Assembly: GCA_045591315.1 (NCBI GenBank)
Contig: JAZNSN010000026.1
Location: forward strand, 48,170-112,169
Origin: Bacteroidaceae bacterium
Lineage (GTDB): Bacteria > Bacteroidota > Bacteroidia > Bacteroidales > Bacteroidaceae
DNA length: 64,000 bases
Direction: 5' to 3'
Of this stretch, positions 25,844-34,589 are shown piece by piece. Under the pieces are notes generated by a model, which was not told the origin of the DNA, did no database searches, and worked only from the letters and a program-made list of their open reading frames with translations. The translations under genes were made by a program, and so were the position numbers. How positions within the stretch are numbered: position 1 is the stretch's first letter; each line of letters starts with the position of its first letter.

Positions 25844-26659
25844 TCAAATCCCTATGTTCTTGGCAAGAAATTTTCTCAGTTCTTCTTCCGGAATGCCACG
25901 TCTTGATGCATAGTCGTGAAGCTGTTCATTGCCTATGGCTCCCACAGCGAAGTAGCGTGCCAGAGGGTGTTGCAGCATCATTCCGCATACCGATGAGTGG
26001 GGGCTCATGGCTCCATTAGATGTGAACTTGATACCTATATCTGAAAGTTGCAGCAGCTTGTCGATAATGAATATGATGCTCTGGTCGGGAAGCGACGGGT
26101 AGCCTATTGCAGGGCGGATTCCTTGATATTCTTCTCTGTTGAGCTCCTCGACAGAGAGTTTCTCTCCCAGGGCATAGCCCCATAGTTCTTTTGAGCTCCT
26201 TACATCGCGGTGCATAAGGGTGGCTGTCGCTTCGGCAAGCCTGTCGGCAAGGGCCGATGAGAGAATTCTCATGTAGTCGTCGTTGATGTACTCCTGTCCG
26301 AAAGCGCTGTCAACCGTTGTGGCGAACAAGCCTATCTTGTCTCCGTATGGAGATACGTAGTCGCTAAGGCAAAGGTTGGGCTTGCCGGCTATGGCATGTT
26401 GTTGTCTCAACAACGGCAACAAAGTCTCCTCGATAATTATATTGTCACCGTCGCCTCTGGCATCGCATAACGCGAATATTGCATGCGTGGAGTATCTCTC
26501 TTGCATCTCATTCAGCATCTCATTCGCGTCACGAACAACTTCATCGGCAGTGCTGCATCCTTTTGTGTTGGGGCTAAGCCCCCATGCATGAAGGAAATAG
26601 CTCCAGTCGATATATGGAACAAGTTCTGCAATGCTATAGTGGAAAATATGCTTTTTCAT
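25844..26659 (-). CDS. Stand-alone vitamin-B12-dependent methionine synthase activation (AdoMet-binding) domain protein
   Basis: The segment LVPYIDWSYFLHAWGL...DANEMLNEM aligns by eye to the start of the E. coli MetH C-terminal activation domain (IDWTPFF..W.L). Length is 271 aa. Confidence 0.7.
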   Translation of the reverse strand: MKKHIFHYSIAELVPYIDWSYFLHAWGLSPNTKGCSTADEVVRDANEMLNEMQERYSTHAIFALCDARGDGDNIIIEETLLPLLRQQHAIAGKPNLCLSDYVSPYGDKIGLFATTVDSAFGQEYINDDYMRILSSALADRLAEATATLMHRDVRSSKELWGYALGEKLSVEELNREEYQGIRPAIGYPSLPDQSIIFIIDKLLQLSDIGIKFTSNGAMSPHSSVCGMMLQHPLARYFAVGAIGNEQLHDYASRRGIPEEELRKFLAKNIGI

Positions 26660-27999
26660 CGGTTGAAACGAAGTGCCTTACCATGTACTTCCTCATTGAT
26701 TACGCCGTTGCTGTATGCGCACTCTCCATTTACCCATGTCTGTTCGATGTTCCAGTTGAAAGTGTCGCCTTCAAACGGGCTCCAGCCGCATTTGCTTATA
26801 ACATCCTCCTTTTCTACAGTGTGTGGCTTGCCCGGTGCTAATAGTACAAAGTCGGCATAGTAGCCTTTCTCGATGTAGCCGCGTCTGTCAATGTCGAATA
26901 TCCTTGCCGGAGCATGGCACATTCTTTCGACAAGGGTCTCGATAGTGAATACTCCTTTGTCAACAAGTTCAAGCATTGCAAGCAATGAGAACTGTATGCT
27001 CGGCATGCCCGATGCGGCCTTGAGTGCGCCCCCGATTTTGTCGTCGGGGTGATGCGGGGCGTGGTCGGTTCCAATGAGGTCTATTCTGCCGTCGGCCACA
27101 GCAGTGCGCAGAGCATTGCGGTCATCTGCACTCTTTATGGCAGGGTTGCACTTGATTTTAGTGCCCAAGCGTGCATAGTCCTCATCGCAGAATGTGAGAT
27201 GAGCCGGAGTCGCTTCTGCTGTTATATTCCTATCTTCCTTGCCGAACAGTTCAAGCTCCCTTGCCGTGCTTATGTGCATTATGTGCAGCCTGGTGCCGAA
27301 GCGTCTTGCAAGTTCAACTGCACTTTCTGTGCTTCTGTAACATGCCTCTGCACTGCGTATCAGAGGGTGATACTTGACATCCGGGTCCTCTCCGGCCTCC
27401 TCCTTTATGCGTCTTGTGTTCTCCGAAATTACAGAACCGTCTTCGCAGTGCACTGCTACGGGGAATCCCAAAGCTGCAGCCTTGCTGAAAATCCTTTCAA
27501 GTTCATTCTTCCTGTCAACAAGCATGTTCCCGGTACTTGAACCCATAAAGAGCTTTATTCCGCATGTCTTCTGCAGGTCTAGTTTCTCGAATTCATCTGC
27601 ATTGCTGTTTGTCGCACCAAAGTAGAACGAGTAGTTGATGAGGCTCTCCTTTGCGGCTATGGTGTACTTCTCCTTCAAGGCTTCTATAGTGGTGGTCTGC
27701 GGAACTGTGTTCGGCATCTCCATGAATGATGTGACTCCACCGGCTGCAGCCGCACGGCTCTCTGTCGCTATCGTAGCCTTTTTTGTCAACCCCGGTTCGC
27801 GAAAGTGTACATGGTCGTCTATTACACCCGGTATAAGATAGAGCCCTGTAGCCTCTATTATCCTGTCGCATGGCAAGCGGGGCAGTTCGTCTTCTCTTAG
27901 AATCTCCACTATCTTGCCGTTGTTCACTACTATCGAGCCACGGAACTGCTCGCCTCTGTTCACTATTGTCGGATTGCTTATAAGTGTACGCATAATCAA
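26656..27999 (-). CDS. pyrC: Dihydroorotase-type cyclic amidohydrolase
   Basis: It has the metal-binding motif VIDDHVHFREPG and a later GTDHAPH motif. Length is 447 aa. Confidence 0.8.
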   Translation of the reverse strand: MIMRTLISNPTIVNRGEQFRGSIVVNNGKIVEILREDELPRLPCDRIIEATGLYLIPGVIDDHVHFREPGLTKKATIATESRAAAAGGVTSFMEMPNTVPQTTTIEALKEKYTIAAKESLINYSFYFGATNSNADEFEKLDLQKTCGIKLFMGSSTGNMLVDRKNELERIFSKAAALGFPVAVHCEDGSVISENTRRIKEEAGEDPDVKYHPLIRSAEACYRSTESAVELARRFGTRLHIMHISTARELELFGKEDRNITAEATPAHLTFCDEDYARLGTKIKCNPAIKSADDRNALRTAVADGRIDLIGTDHAPHHPDDKIGGALKAASGMPSIQFSLLAMLELVDKGVFTIETLVERMCHAPARIFDIDRRGYIEKGYYADFVLLAPGKPHTVEKEDVISKCGWSPFEGDTFNWNIEQTWVNGECAYSNGVINEEVHGKALRFNR

Positions 28000-28019
28000 G
28001 GAAAGTGATTGTCTATTTG

Positions 28020-28027
28020 CGAAGATA
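28020..28027 (-). promoter_or_regulatory. -7 box (TATCTTCG on the minus strand) for pyrC
   Basis: It lies 21 nt upstream of the ATG at 27999. Confidence 0.4.
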
Positions 28028-28100
28028 TAAAAAAAAGAGATATCAGTTTCGGGGAAACAAATATTTTGTCGGCCGGGTTGCAGGATTTGGTTTGAATAAT

Positions 28101-28108
28101 TATATTTG
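28101..28108 (+). promoter_or_regulatory. Orphan -7 box (TATATTTG) with upstream TTTG elements
   Basis: This is an exact TAnnTTTG match, with ggatttggtttg about 15-20 nt upstream. No ORF follows within 360 nt. Confidence 0.4.
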
Positions 28109-28113
28109 CACCA

Positions 28114-28165
28114 ACCTCAGCAGAGCCTGTGCAAACGGGTGAGTGGAGGGTGTTTGTTTTTTTTT
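28114..28165 (+). ncRNA. Candidate very short transcript or attenuator ending in a 9-T run
   Basis: A GC-rich imperfect hairpin (caccaacctca ... tgagtggagggtg) is followed by tgtttg and T9 at 28157-28165. Confidence 0.2.
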
Positions 28166-28327
28166 GAAAGCGTTTATTGGCGCTTTGTTCTTGACGTTTC
28201 GAAATCTGGTAAATTTCAATTACAGTCAAAGACAAGGCAACGATAGATGTCTATGGTGTGTATTTATACACTTGGTGATAATTAGGGTTTTCCCAACATT
28301 ATTGCCTGTTGTGTGTTATGCATAACG

Positions 28328-28427
28328 GCGTAGGCTCTGCGTTGCTCGTTCCGACTGTAATGGGCATACCAGAGCCTCGAAGCGTGGAACGGGTAACAGT
28401 ACAGTTCCTACGCTTTTCTTTTTATTT
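28328..28427 (+). promoter_or_regulatory. Structured leader ending in an intrinsic terminator, upstream of a lipoprotein gene
   Basis: There is a helix aggctctg/cagagcct (28332-39 / 28370-77). The terminator stem aagcgtggaac / gttcctacgctt (28380-90 / 28404-15) has one bulge and is followed by tttcttttta ttt. The upstream gcgtagg (28328-34) is complementary to the 3' arm of the terminator. Confidence 0.35.
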
Positions 28428-28470
28428 AAATGCCGGTTATGGGGCTGCCGGTAAAAAATACTATGCGTTT

Positions 28471-28851
28471 ATGAAAACACTTAGATTTTTGCAGTTTATG
28501 TTAATGTCGGTTCTTCTTTTCGGTTTTGTAGCCTGTGGCGGAGATGATGACGATGAGGCTTCGTCATCATCTTCTTCACCACTGGTCGGCCGTTGGAAGT
28601 ATCGTAATGTGACCCTTGTAATTGAGTCGGACAATACCGGTTACCGAAAGTGGGAGTTTGATGAGGAGCCCGCTGATTACGACTGTTTTGCATGGAAATG
28701 TACCGATACTCAACTGTTTTTGTCATATGATGGCAAGGGTGATATAGAAGAGTACGAGAGAACATACATGTATTATTATACTATTGTTGATGATATTCTC
28801 TCCTTGCATTACGACGATGGGGAGTATATGGGTGCATACAAGAGACAATGA
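28471..28851 (+). CDS. Small lipoprotein, lipocalin-like (126 aa)
   Basis: It has a lipobox (LLFGFVAC), a Ser-rich linker, and an LVGRWKY motif typical of lipocalin-like domains. The ORF-track start at 28309 is a TTG with no signal peptide. Confidence 0.65.
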   Translation: MKTLRFLQFMLMSVLLFGFVACGGDDDDEASSSSSSPLVGRWKYRNVTLVIESDNTGYRKWEFDEEPADYDCFAWKCTDTQLFLSYDGKGDIEEYERTYMYYYTIVDDILSLHYDDGEYMGAYKRQ

Positions 28852-28872
28852 GGGTTGTTTCGGCTTTATTGT

Positions 28873-28909
28873 AAAAAGCGAGATTGCCTATCGGGCAATC
28901 TCGCTTTTT
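28873..28909. terminator. Bidirectional terminator overlapping the 3' end of the HIT gene
   Basis: A 16-bp perfect stem (aaaaagcgagattgcc / ggcaatctcgcttttt) has the loop tatcg. Confidence 0.7.
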
Positions 28910-29286
28910 ATCTTATCGGCAATCTCCTTGAACTCTTCAGGGGTAAGCTTCAGCTTAGGGTTCGTGAAGAGCATGTCTCTCTCGCTTTGCATCGGTACAA
29001 GGTGTATGTGTGCGTGCGGAACCTCAAGCCCCAACACGGCCTGCCCAACTTTGATGCATGGGAAAGCACGCTTGATGCCCTCTGCAACCTTCTTGGCAAA
29101 TACCTGCATTGCTCCAATCTCCTCGTCTGTGAGGTCGAAGAAGTAGTCAACCTCTCGTTTGGGAATTACAAGGGTGTGTCCCTTTGCAAGCGGATTGATA
29201 TCAAGGAATGCATAGAACTGCTCATTCTCAGCCACCTTGTAGCTGGGAATCTCTCCTGCAACTATCATGCTGAATATTGTTGCCAT
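28888..29286 (-). CDS. HIT-family (histidine triad) protein
   Basis: The triad HAHIHLVP is present. Length is 132 aa. Confidence 0.9.
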   Translation of the reverse strand: MATIFSMIVAGEIPSYKVAENEQFYAFLDINPLAKGHTLVIPKREVDYFFDLTDEEIGAMQVFAKKVAEGIKRAFPCIKVGQAVLGLEVPHAHIHLVPMQSERDMLFTNPKLKLTPEEFKEIADKIKSEIAR

Positions 29287-29297
29287 AGCTCCTTGCT

Positions 29298-29759
29298 TTA
29301 GAATGTGATGCTTGTAATCTCAAGGTAGAGCTTGCCTTGCGGAACGGTAATCTCTGCAACATCGCCAATCTTCTTGCCGAGGAGTCCCTTGGCAATAGGG
29401 GTGTTGATTGAAATCTTTGCCTCGCGAAGGTTTGCCTCGCTCTCTGGAACGATTGTATATTGCATTGCAGCACCGGTCTTTGTGTTCTTCAAGCCAACCT
29501 TGGTGAGAACCTGTACAGTGTCGGTGTTGAGCTTTGAGGTATCGATGATTTTTGCATCGGCAATAACCATCTTGAGTTCGTTGATTCTCATCTCCAACAA
29601 ACCCTGTGCCTCCTTTGCAGCATCGTATTCCGCGTTCTCCGACAAGTCTCCCTTGTCGCGTGCTTCTGCTATCTGGCGCACAACTTCCGGACGTTTTGCT
29701 TCCAGCTCCTTTAAATCGGCCAACAATTTCTTGTAGCCTTCTTCTGACATATAGCTCAT
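29298..29759 (-). CDS. greA: Transcription elongation factor GreA
   Basis: It has an N-terminal coiled coil (ARDKGDLSENAEYDAAKEAQ) and a C-terminal FKBP-like domain. Length is 153 aa. Confidence 0.95.
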   Translation of the reverse strand: MSYMSEEGYKKLLADLKELEAKRPEVVRQIAEARDKGDLSENAEYDAAKEAQGLLEMRINELKMVIADAKIIDTSKLNTDTVQVLTKVGLKNTKTGAAMQYTIVPESEANLREAKISINTPIAKGLLGKKIGDVAEITVPQGKLYLEITSITF

Positions 29760-29840
29760 GTTTAATTAGTTTTATTTTATTGAATATTATCCTATAACAA
29801 TTGTCCGGGAAAATGTTTCAAGATGCTTCGTCTCTTTTTG

Positions 29841-29883
29841 AAAAACACTAAAACAAAGGATTCCAACACTAGTGCTGGAACCC
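29841..29883 (-). terminator. Terminator-like hairpin + U-tract inside the greA 5' leader
   Basis: The minus-strand RNA GGGUUCCAGCAC-UA-GUGUUGGAAUCC forms 12 bp including 2 G-U pairs, which would be C-A mismatches on the plus strand. It is followed by UUUGUUUUAGUGUUUUU. Confidence 0.45.
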
Positions 29884-29904
29884 ATTTCCCTTACTTTACT
29901 TTTG

Positions 29905-29912
29905 CAAAGGTA
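29905..29912 (-). promoter_or_regulatory. -7 box (TACCTTTG on the minus strand) for greA
   Basis: This is an exact TAnnTTTG match, 146 nt upstream of the greA ATG. Confidence 0.45.
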
Positions 29913-29994
29913 GCTTCTTTTGGCAAAAAACCAAAATTTATGCGTTGAATTTTTATCTATTATCCTTTTATAACTCTTTTTGTGATATGCGCCG

Positions 29995-31176
29995 TCATTG
30001 GGCAATAAGAGCCTTTATTTCTTTCTCCAGATCGCTTATCTGGTTGTCGCGCAGTACAATCTCGTTCTTCTTGTTTATAAGATAGAATGTCGGCAGTGTA
30101 TGCACGTTGTAGAGCAGGGCGTTGGGCGATGCGGCTCCCTGTCCGTCACGTACACAAATCCAGGGAAGGTTGCTTGCCGACTGCTGCCAGAAGTGCTCTC
30201 TGTTGTCGAATGATATCTGGTATATCTCCAGTCCGCTGTTCCTGTATTTGTTGTAGAGATCGCGCAGCATGAGATTGCGGCTGCTTATGCGCGCATCTTC
30301 ATAAATGGTGAAGTCGAGCAGCACAACCTTGCCGCTGAGTGATGAAAGCTTGATGCTGTCACCCTTTGCATTCGGAAGACTTATATCAAAGAGTCCGGTT
30401 GTCTTTATTTCGCTTTCGCTTGCTTCTATTGTTCTCTGTTTTGCCGGCTGGGTCGCTTTCATTCCTCTTTCGGCAATATCATACAGATGGTGTGTGCGCT
30501 TTGCATGCGGGAATCTGTTCTGCAGGTTTGTGGCTACAGCTGCATAGCACTTGCTGTCGTTCCTGTTTGACATGGGGTTGAAAAGAGGCTCGCCGTTCAG
30601 TGTAAGTGAGAGTGCGTAATATGCGCTTGCTCCTCCGGGGTTGCTGGCAATATACTGCTTTGTAATGTTTCTTTTGAATTCAGCAATCAACTCATATATT
30701 TCATCTCTGGTCTTGAAAATTGCCGGTGATTTGCTGTTTATCATGTGGCTGACCTGCTTCTCTAGGGCAAGCTGCAGCTCTCCAAGTTCTTTTATGCGTG
30801 TGCTTTCCTCGCTGCCTTTTACAGTGTATGATCTCGTAAAACTCTCCGCATTACATTCAAGTGTCAGGCATTCTGTCGAGTCAATGGCTACGGTTATAGG
30901 CCGTTTCCCCTTTAGTGTTACAAAATAGAATTCGTAGCTTTCGGGCTGTGGCTGCTCGAAACTGAACTCTCCTTCTGCATCCAGTTTTATAGAGTCGATT
31001 GTAGTTATGCCTTCGATTCCGATATTGGACAAGTAGAGCATCTTGCCGTCGGCATTCTCTACTTTGCCGTTTATAGTGAATGTGGGGCCGTCATAGCTGC
31101 TGTTGCATGAGAATATGAAGAGTGATGCTGCTGCAAGCAACAGCGTAAAGATGTGTTTTGACTTTAAGATATCCAT
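29995..31176 (-). CDS. TlpA/AhpC-like thioredoxin-fold lipoprotein (DUF4369-like N-domain) lacking the CXXC active site
   Basis: It has a lipobox (LFIFSC). The thioredoxin-fold segment GKVVLLDFTIYEDARISSRN occupies the position where the family normally has LLDFWASWCGPCR. I moved the start to the ATG at 31176 because a -7 box at 31198-31205 lies inside the longer ORF. Confidence 0.65.
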   Translation of the reverse strand: MDILKSKHIFTLLLAAASLFIFSCNSSYDGPTFTINGKVENADGKMLYLSNIGIEGITTIDSIKLDAEGEFSFEQPQPESYEFYFVTLKGKRPITVAIDSTECLTLECNAESFTRSYTVKGSEESTRIKELGELQLALEKQVSHMINSKSPAIFKTRDEIYELIAEFKRNITKQYIASNPGGASAYYALSLTLNGEPLFNPMSNRNDSKCYAAVATNLQNRFPHAKRTHHLYDIAERGMKATQPAKQRTIEASESEIKTTGLFDISLPNAKGDSIKLSSLSGKVVLLDFTIYEDARISSRNLMLRDLYNKYRNSGLEIYQISFDNREHFWQQSASNLPWICVRDGQGAASPNALLYNVHTLPTFYLINKKNEIVLRDNQISDLEKEIKALIAQ

Positions 31177-31197
31177 AATGTTATGTTTTTTTCGGCA

Positions 31198-31205
31198 CAA
31201 AGATA
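31198..31205 (-). promoter_or_regulatory. -7 box (TATCTTTG on the minus strand) for the TlpA-like gene
   Basis: This is an exact TAnnTTTG match, 22 nt upstream of the ATG at 31176. Confidence 0.45.
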
Positions 31206-31226
31206 GTTAAAATGTGGAAAATTGTA

Positions 31227-31234
31227 TATCTTTG
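31227..31234 (+). promoter_or_regulatory. -7 box (TATCTTTG) for pnp
   Basis: This is an exact TAnnTTTG match, 39 nt upstream of the ATG. Confidence 0.45.
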
Positions 31235-31272
31235 CAAGAATTAGAAATAAAAAACTTATTTAAAAAGATAGA

Positions 31273-33453
31273 ATGATGAATGTTGTTACGAAAAATGTGG
31301 CCTTGCCCGATGGTCGTGTGATTACCATTGAGACAGGTAAGCTTGCAAAGCAAGCCGACGGCGCAGTTATGCTGCGTTTGGGCAATACGATGCTTTTGGC
31401 CACAGTCTGCGCAGCTAAGGACGCTGTTCCAGGCACCGATTTTATGCCTCTTCAGGTAGAGTACAAAGAGAAATATGCGGCTTTCGGCCGTTTCCCCGGT
31501 GGCTTCACAAGACGTGAAGGCAAGGCTTCGGATTATGAGATTCTTACATGCCGTCTTGTTGACCGTGCTCTTCGTCCTCTCTTCCCCGATAACTACCATG
31601 CCGAGGTTTATGTCAATATAGTACTCTTCTCGGCCGATGGCGTTGACATGCCGGATGCTCTTGCAGGTCTTGCAGCTTCTGCAGCCCTGGCAGTATCCGA
31701 TATTCCTTTCGGCGGTCCTATATCAGAGGTTCGTGTGGCGCGCATTGGCGGCGAATTCGTTGTTAATCCTACATTCGCACAGCTCGAAGAGGCTGACATG
31801 GATATCATGGTTGCTGCAACATACGACAACATCATGATGGTTGAGGGTGAAATGAAAGAGGTTTCTGAAAACGATCTTCTCGAAGCGATGAAGGTGGCTC
31901 ATGAGGCTATCAAGGTTCATTGCAAGGCTCAGATGGAGCTTATGGAAGAGGTCGGCTCAACCGTAAAGCGTGAATATTGCCATGAGGTGAACGACGAAGA
32001 GCTCCGCGCTCAGGTTCACGAGGCTTGCTATGCAAAGGCATACGCAGTTGCGGCAAGCGGCAATAACGACAAGCATGGCCGTGGCGAGGCATTCGAGGCT
32101 ATCAAGGAGGAGTTCAAGGCTCAGTTCACTGAGGAGGAGCTCGAAGAGAAGGGTGCTCTCATCGACCGCTACTACCACGATGTGGAGAAAGAGGCTATGC
32201 GCCGCTGCATTCTCGACGAGGGCAAGCGTCTCGACGGCCGTAAGACAACAGAGATACGTCCTATCTGGTGTGAGGCTGGCTATCTGCCCGGCCCTCACGG
32301 TTCTGCAGTGTTTACACGCGGTGAAACTCAGTCTTTGACAACCGTTACACTTGGTACAAAACGTGATGAGAAGATTATCGACGATGTTATGAACCAGGGT
32401 ACAGAGCGTTTCCTGCTTCACTATAACTTCCCGCCGTTCTCTACAGGCGAGGCACGTCCTCAGCGTGGCGTAGGCCGTCGTGAGATAGGTCACGGTAACC
32501 TTGCTTGCCGTGCGTTGAAGAATATGATTCCTGCCGATTATCCGTATTGCGTGCGTGTAGTATCCGATATTCTCGAATCAAACGGTTCTTCCTCAATGGC
32601 TACGGTATGTGCAGGAACTCTCGCGCTTATGGATGCCGGTGTGAAGATAAAGAAGCCTGTTTCGGGTATCGCAATGGGTCTTATCAAGAATGCAGGTGAA
32701 GAGAAGTATGCTGTATTGAGCGATATTCTCGGTGATGAGGACCACTTGGGCGATATGGACTTCAAGGTGACCGGTACAGTTGACGGTATTACTGCAACAC
32801 AGATGGATATCAAGGTCGATGGCCTCTCATACGAAATCCTTGAGAAGGCATTAAACCAGGCACGTGACGGCCGTATGCACATCCTCGGCAAGATAACCGA
32901 GTGCATTGCTGAGCCACGTGCAGAACTCAAGCCGCACGCTCCACGCATCGAGACAATGCGTATTCCTAAGGAGTTCATCGGTGCTGTAATAGGCCCCGGC
33001 GGAAAGATTATCCAGGGTATGCAGGAAGAGACTGGTGCTACAATCTCTATCGAGGAGGTTGAAGGCGAGGGTATAATCGAAATAGCTGCTAACAACGGCA
33101 AGGCTATCAACGATGCCATTGCCAAGATTAAGGCTATTGTGGCAATACCTGAGGCTGGTGAGGTTTATGAGGGTACCGTACGCAGTGTAATGCCATACGG
33201 TGCATTCGTTGAGTTCATGCCTGGAAAGGATGGCCTGCTCCACATCTCAGAAATTGACTGGAAGCGTTTCGAGACAATGGAGGAGACCGGTATAAACGAG
33301 GGTGACAAGCTGCAGGTAAAGCTTGTTGAAATTGACCCGAAGACCGGCAAGTTCAAGCTTTCGCGCAAGGCTCTCCTGGAGAAGCCCGAAGGCTATGAGG
33401 AGCGTGAGCGTCGTCCACGTCGCGAGCGTCGTCCACATGGCGATAAGGAATAA
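31273..33453 (+). CDS. pnp: Polyribonucleotide nucleotidyltransferase (PNPase)
   Basis: It has two RNase PH domains plus KH and S1 domains ([20 protein letters not shown]), and a basic tail. Length is 726 aa. Confidence 0.95.
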   Translation: MMNVVTKNVALPDGRVITIETGKLAKQADGAVMLRLGNTMLLATVCAAKDAVPGTDFMPLQVEYKEKYAAFGRFPGGFTRREGKASDYEILTCRLVDRALRPLFPDNYHAEVYVNIVLFSADGVDMPDALAGLAASAALAVSDIPFGGPISEVRVARIGGEFVVNPTFAQLEEADMDIMVAATYDNIMMVEGEMKEVSENDLLEAMKVAHEAIKVHCKAQMELMEEVGSTVKREYCHEVNDEELRAQVHEACYAKAYAVAASGNNDKHGRGEAFEAIKEEFKAQFTEEELEEKGALIDRYYHDVEKEAMRRCILDEGKRLDGRKTTEIRPIWCEAGYLPGPHGSAVFTRGETQSLTTVTLGTKRDEKIIDDVMNQGTERFLLHYNFPPFSTGEARPQRGVGRREIGHGNLACRALKNMIPADYPYCVRVVSDILESNGSSSMATVCAGTLALMDAGVKIKKPVSGIAMGLIKNAGEEKYAVLSDILGDEDHLGDMDFKVTGTVDGITATQMDIKVDGLSYEILEKALNQARDGRMHILGKITECIAEPRAELKPHAPRIETMRIPKEFIGAVIGPGGKIIQGMQEETGATISIEEVEGEGIIEIAANNGKAINDAIAKIKAIVAIPEAGEVYEGTVRSVMPYGAFVEFMPGKDGLLHISEIDWKRFETMEETGINEGDKLQVKLVEIDPKTGKFKLSRKALLEKPEGYEERERRPRRERRPHGDKE

Positions 33454-33458
33454 TTTAC

Positions 33459-33482
33459 TGCAGCGGGCAATTGCCCGCTGCA
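33459..33482 (+). terminator. Terminator after pnp
   Basis: The sequence tgcagcgggcaa/ttgcccgctgca is a perfect 24-nt palindrome followed by an A/T-rich sequence. Confidence 0.6.
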
Positions 33483-33556
33483 ATTTATTTATATAAGGTA
33501 TAGTTTAAATAAATTTAAAAATATCTCCTCGCATTAGCGGAATATGATATTTTATA

Positions 33557-33564
33557 TATCTTCG
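33557..33564 (+). promoter_or_regulatory. -7 box (TATCTTCG) for ddh
   Basis: It lies 23 nt upstream of the ATG at 33587. Confidence 0.4.
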
Positions 33565-33586
33565 CATATACAAAAAACATATAGTC

Positions 33587-34486
33587 ATGAAAAAGATTAG
33601 AGCAGCCATCGTTGGTTATGGCAATATTGGAAAATATACACTTCAGGCTCTGCTTGCTGCGCCTGACTTTGAAGTTGCCGGTGTTGTGCGTCGTTCAGGT
33701 GCAGAGAATCTTCCCGCAGAACTTGAGGGCTATAATGTAGTGAAGGATATACGTGAACTGGGCGATGTAGATGTTGCAATCCTGTCAACTCCTACACGTA
33801 GCGTGGAAAAGTATGCCAAGGATATTCTTGCACTAGGAATAAATACCGTTGACAGCTTTGACATACATTCCAAGATTCTTGAGTTGCGCAGTTCTCTGAG
33901 CGAAAGTGCCGAGGCCGGAAATGCCGTATCTATCATATCGGCAGGCTGGGACCCTGGAAGCGACTCGGTCATCCGTACCTTGCTTGAAGCGATAGCTCCT
34001 AAGGGCATTACATATACAAACTTCGGTCCGGGAATGAGTATGGGTCATACTGTAGCTGTCAAGGCTATCGAGGGCGTGAAAGCAGCCCTTTCTATGACAA
34101 TACCTGTAGGAACAGGAATACATCGCCGTATGGTATATATCGAGCTTGAAGAGGGCTACGATTTCAATCAGGTATCAGCAGCCATAAAGGCCGACCCGTA
34201 CTTCGTGAATGACGAAACGCATGTGATGAATGTTCCTTCCGTGGATGCTCTTCTTGACATGGGACACGGAGTGAACCTTACACGCAAGGGCGTTTCGGGT
34301 ACAACCCAAAACCAGCTCTTCGAGTTCAATATGAGAATCAACAATCCTGCGCTTACAGCCCAGGTGCTTGTATGTTGTGCCAGAGCAACAATGCGTCAGG
34401 CTCCAGGTTGCTATACAATGATAGAGATTCCGCTTATCGACTTGCTATACGGCGACCGTGAGCAGCATATAGCTCATCTGGTATAA
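33587..34486 (+). CDS. ddh: meso-diaminopimelate D-dehydrogenase
   Basis: The N-terminus [17 protein letters not shown]...[12 protein letters not shown] matches the family. The 299-aa size is typical of Bacteroidales Ddh. Confidence 0.8.
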   Translation: MKKIRAAIVGYGNIGKYTLQALLAAPDFEVAGVVRRSGAENLPAELEGYNVVKDIRELGDVDVAILSTPTRSVEKYAKDILALGINTVDSFDIHSKILELRSSLSESAEAGNAVSIISAGWDPGSDSVIRTLLEAIAPKGITYTNFGPGMSMGHTVAVKAIEGVKAALSMTIPVGTGIHRRMVYIELEEGYDFNQVSAAIKADPYFVNDETHVMNVPSVDALLDMGHGVNLTRKGVSGTTQNQLFEFNMRINNPALTAQVLVCCARATMRQAPGCYTMIEIPLIDLLYGDREQHIAHLV

Positions 34487-34589
34487 TGGCATAAGTGACA
34501 AATTATAGTTAAAAGCGCAATGGTTAGCTTGAATATAGCTCTCTGTTGCGTTTTTTTTACTATTTTCGCAACTCAATTCCATTACTGTT

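Noticed and set aside
28309-28470. There is a 54-codon N-terminal extension of the lipoprotein ORF starting at a TTG, with a similar 75-codon extension at 24117-24341.
   Set aside because: The extensions have no signal-peptide character, run through terminator or promoter elements, and precede an internal Met followed by a perfect lipobox.
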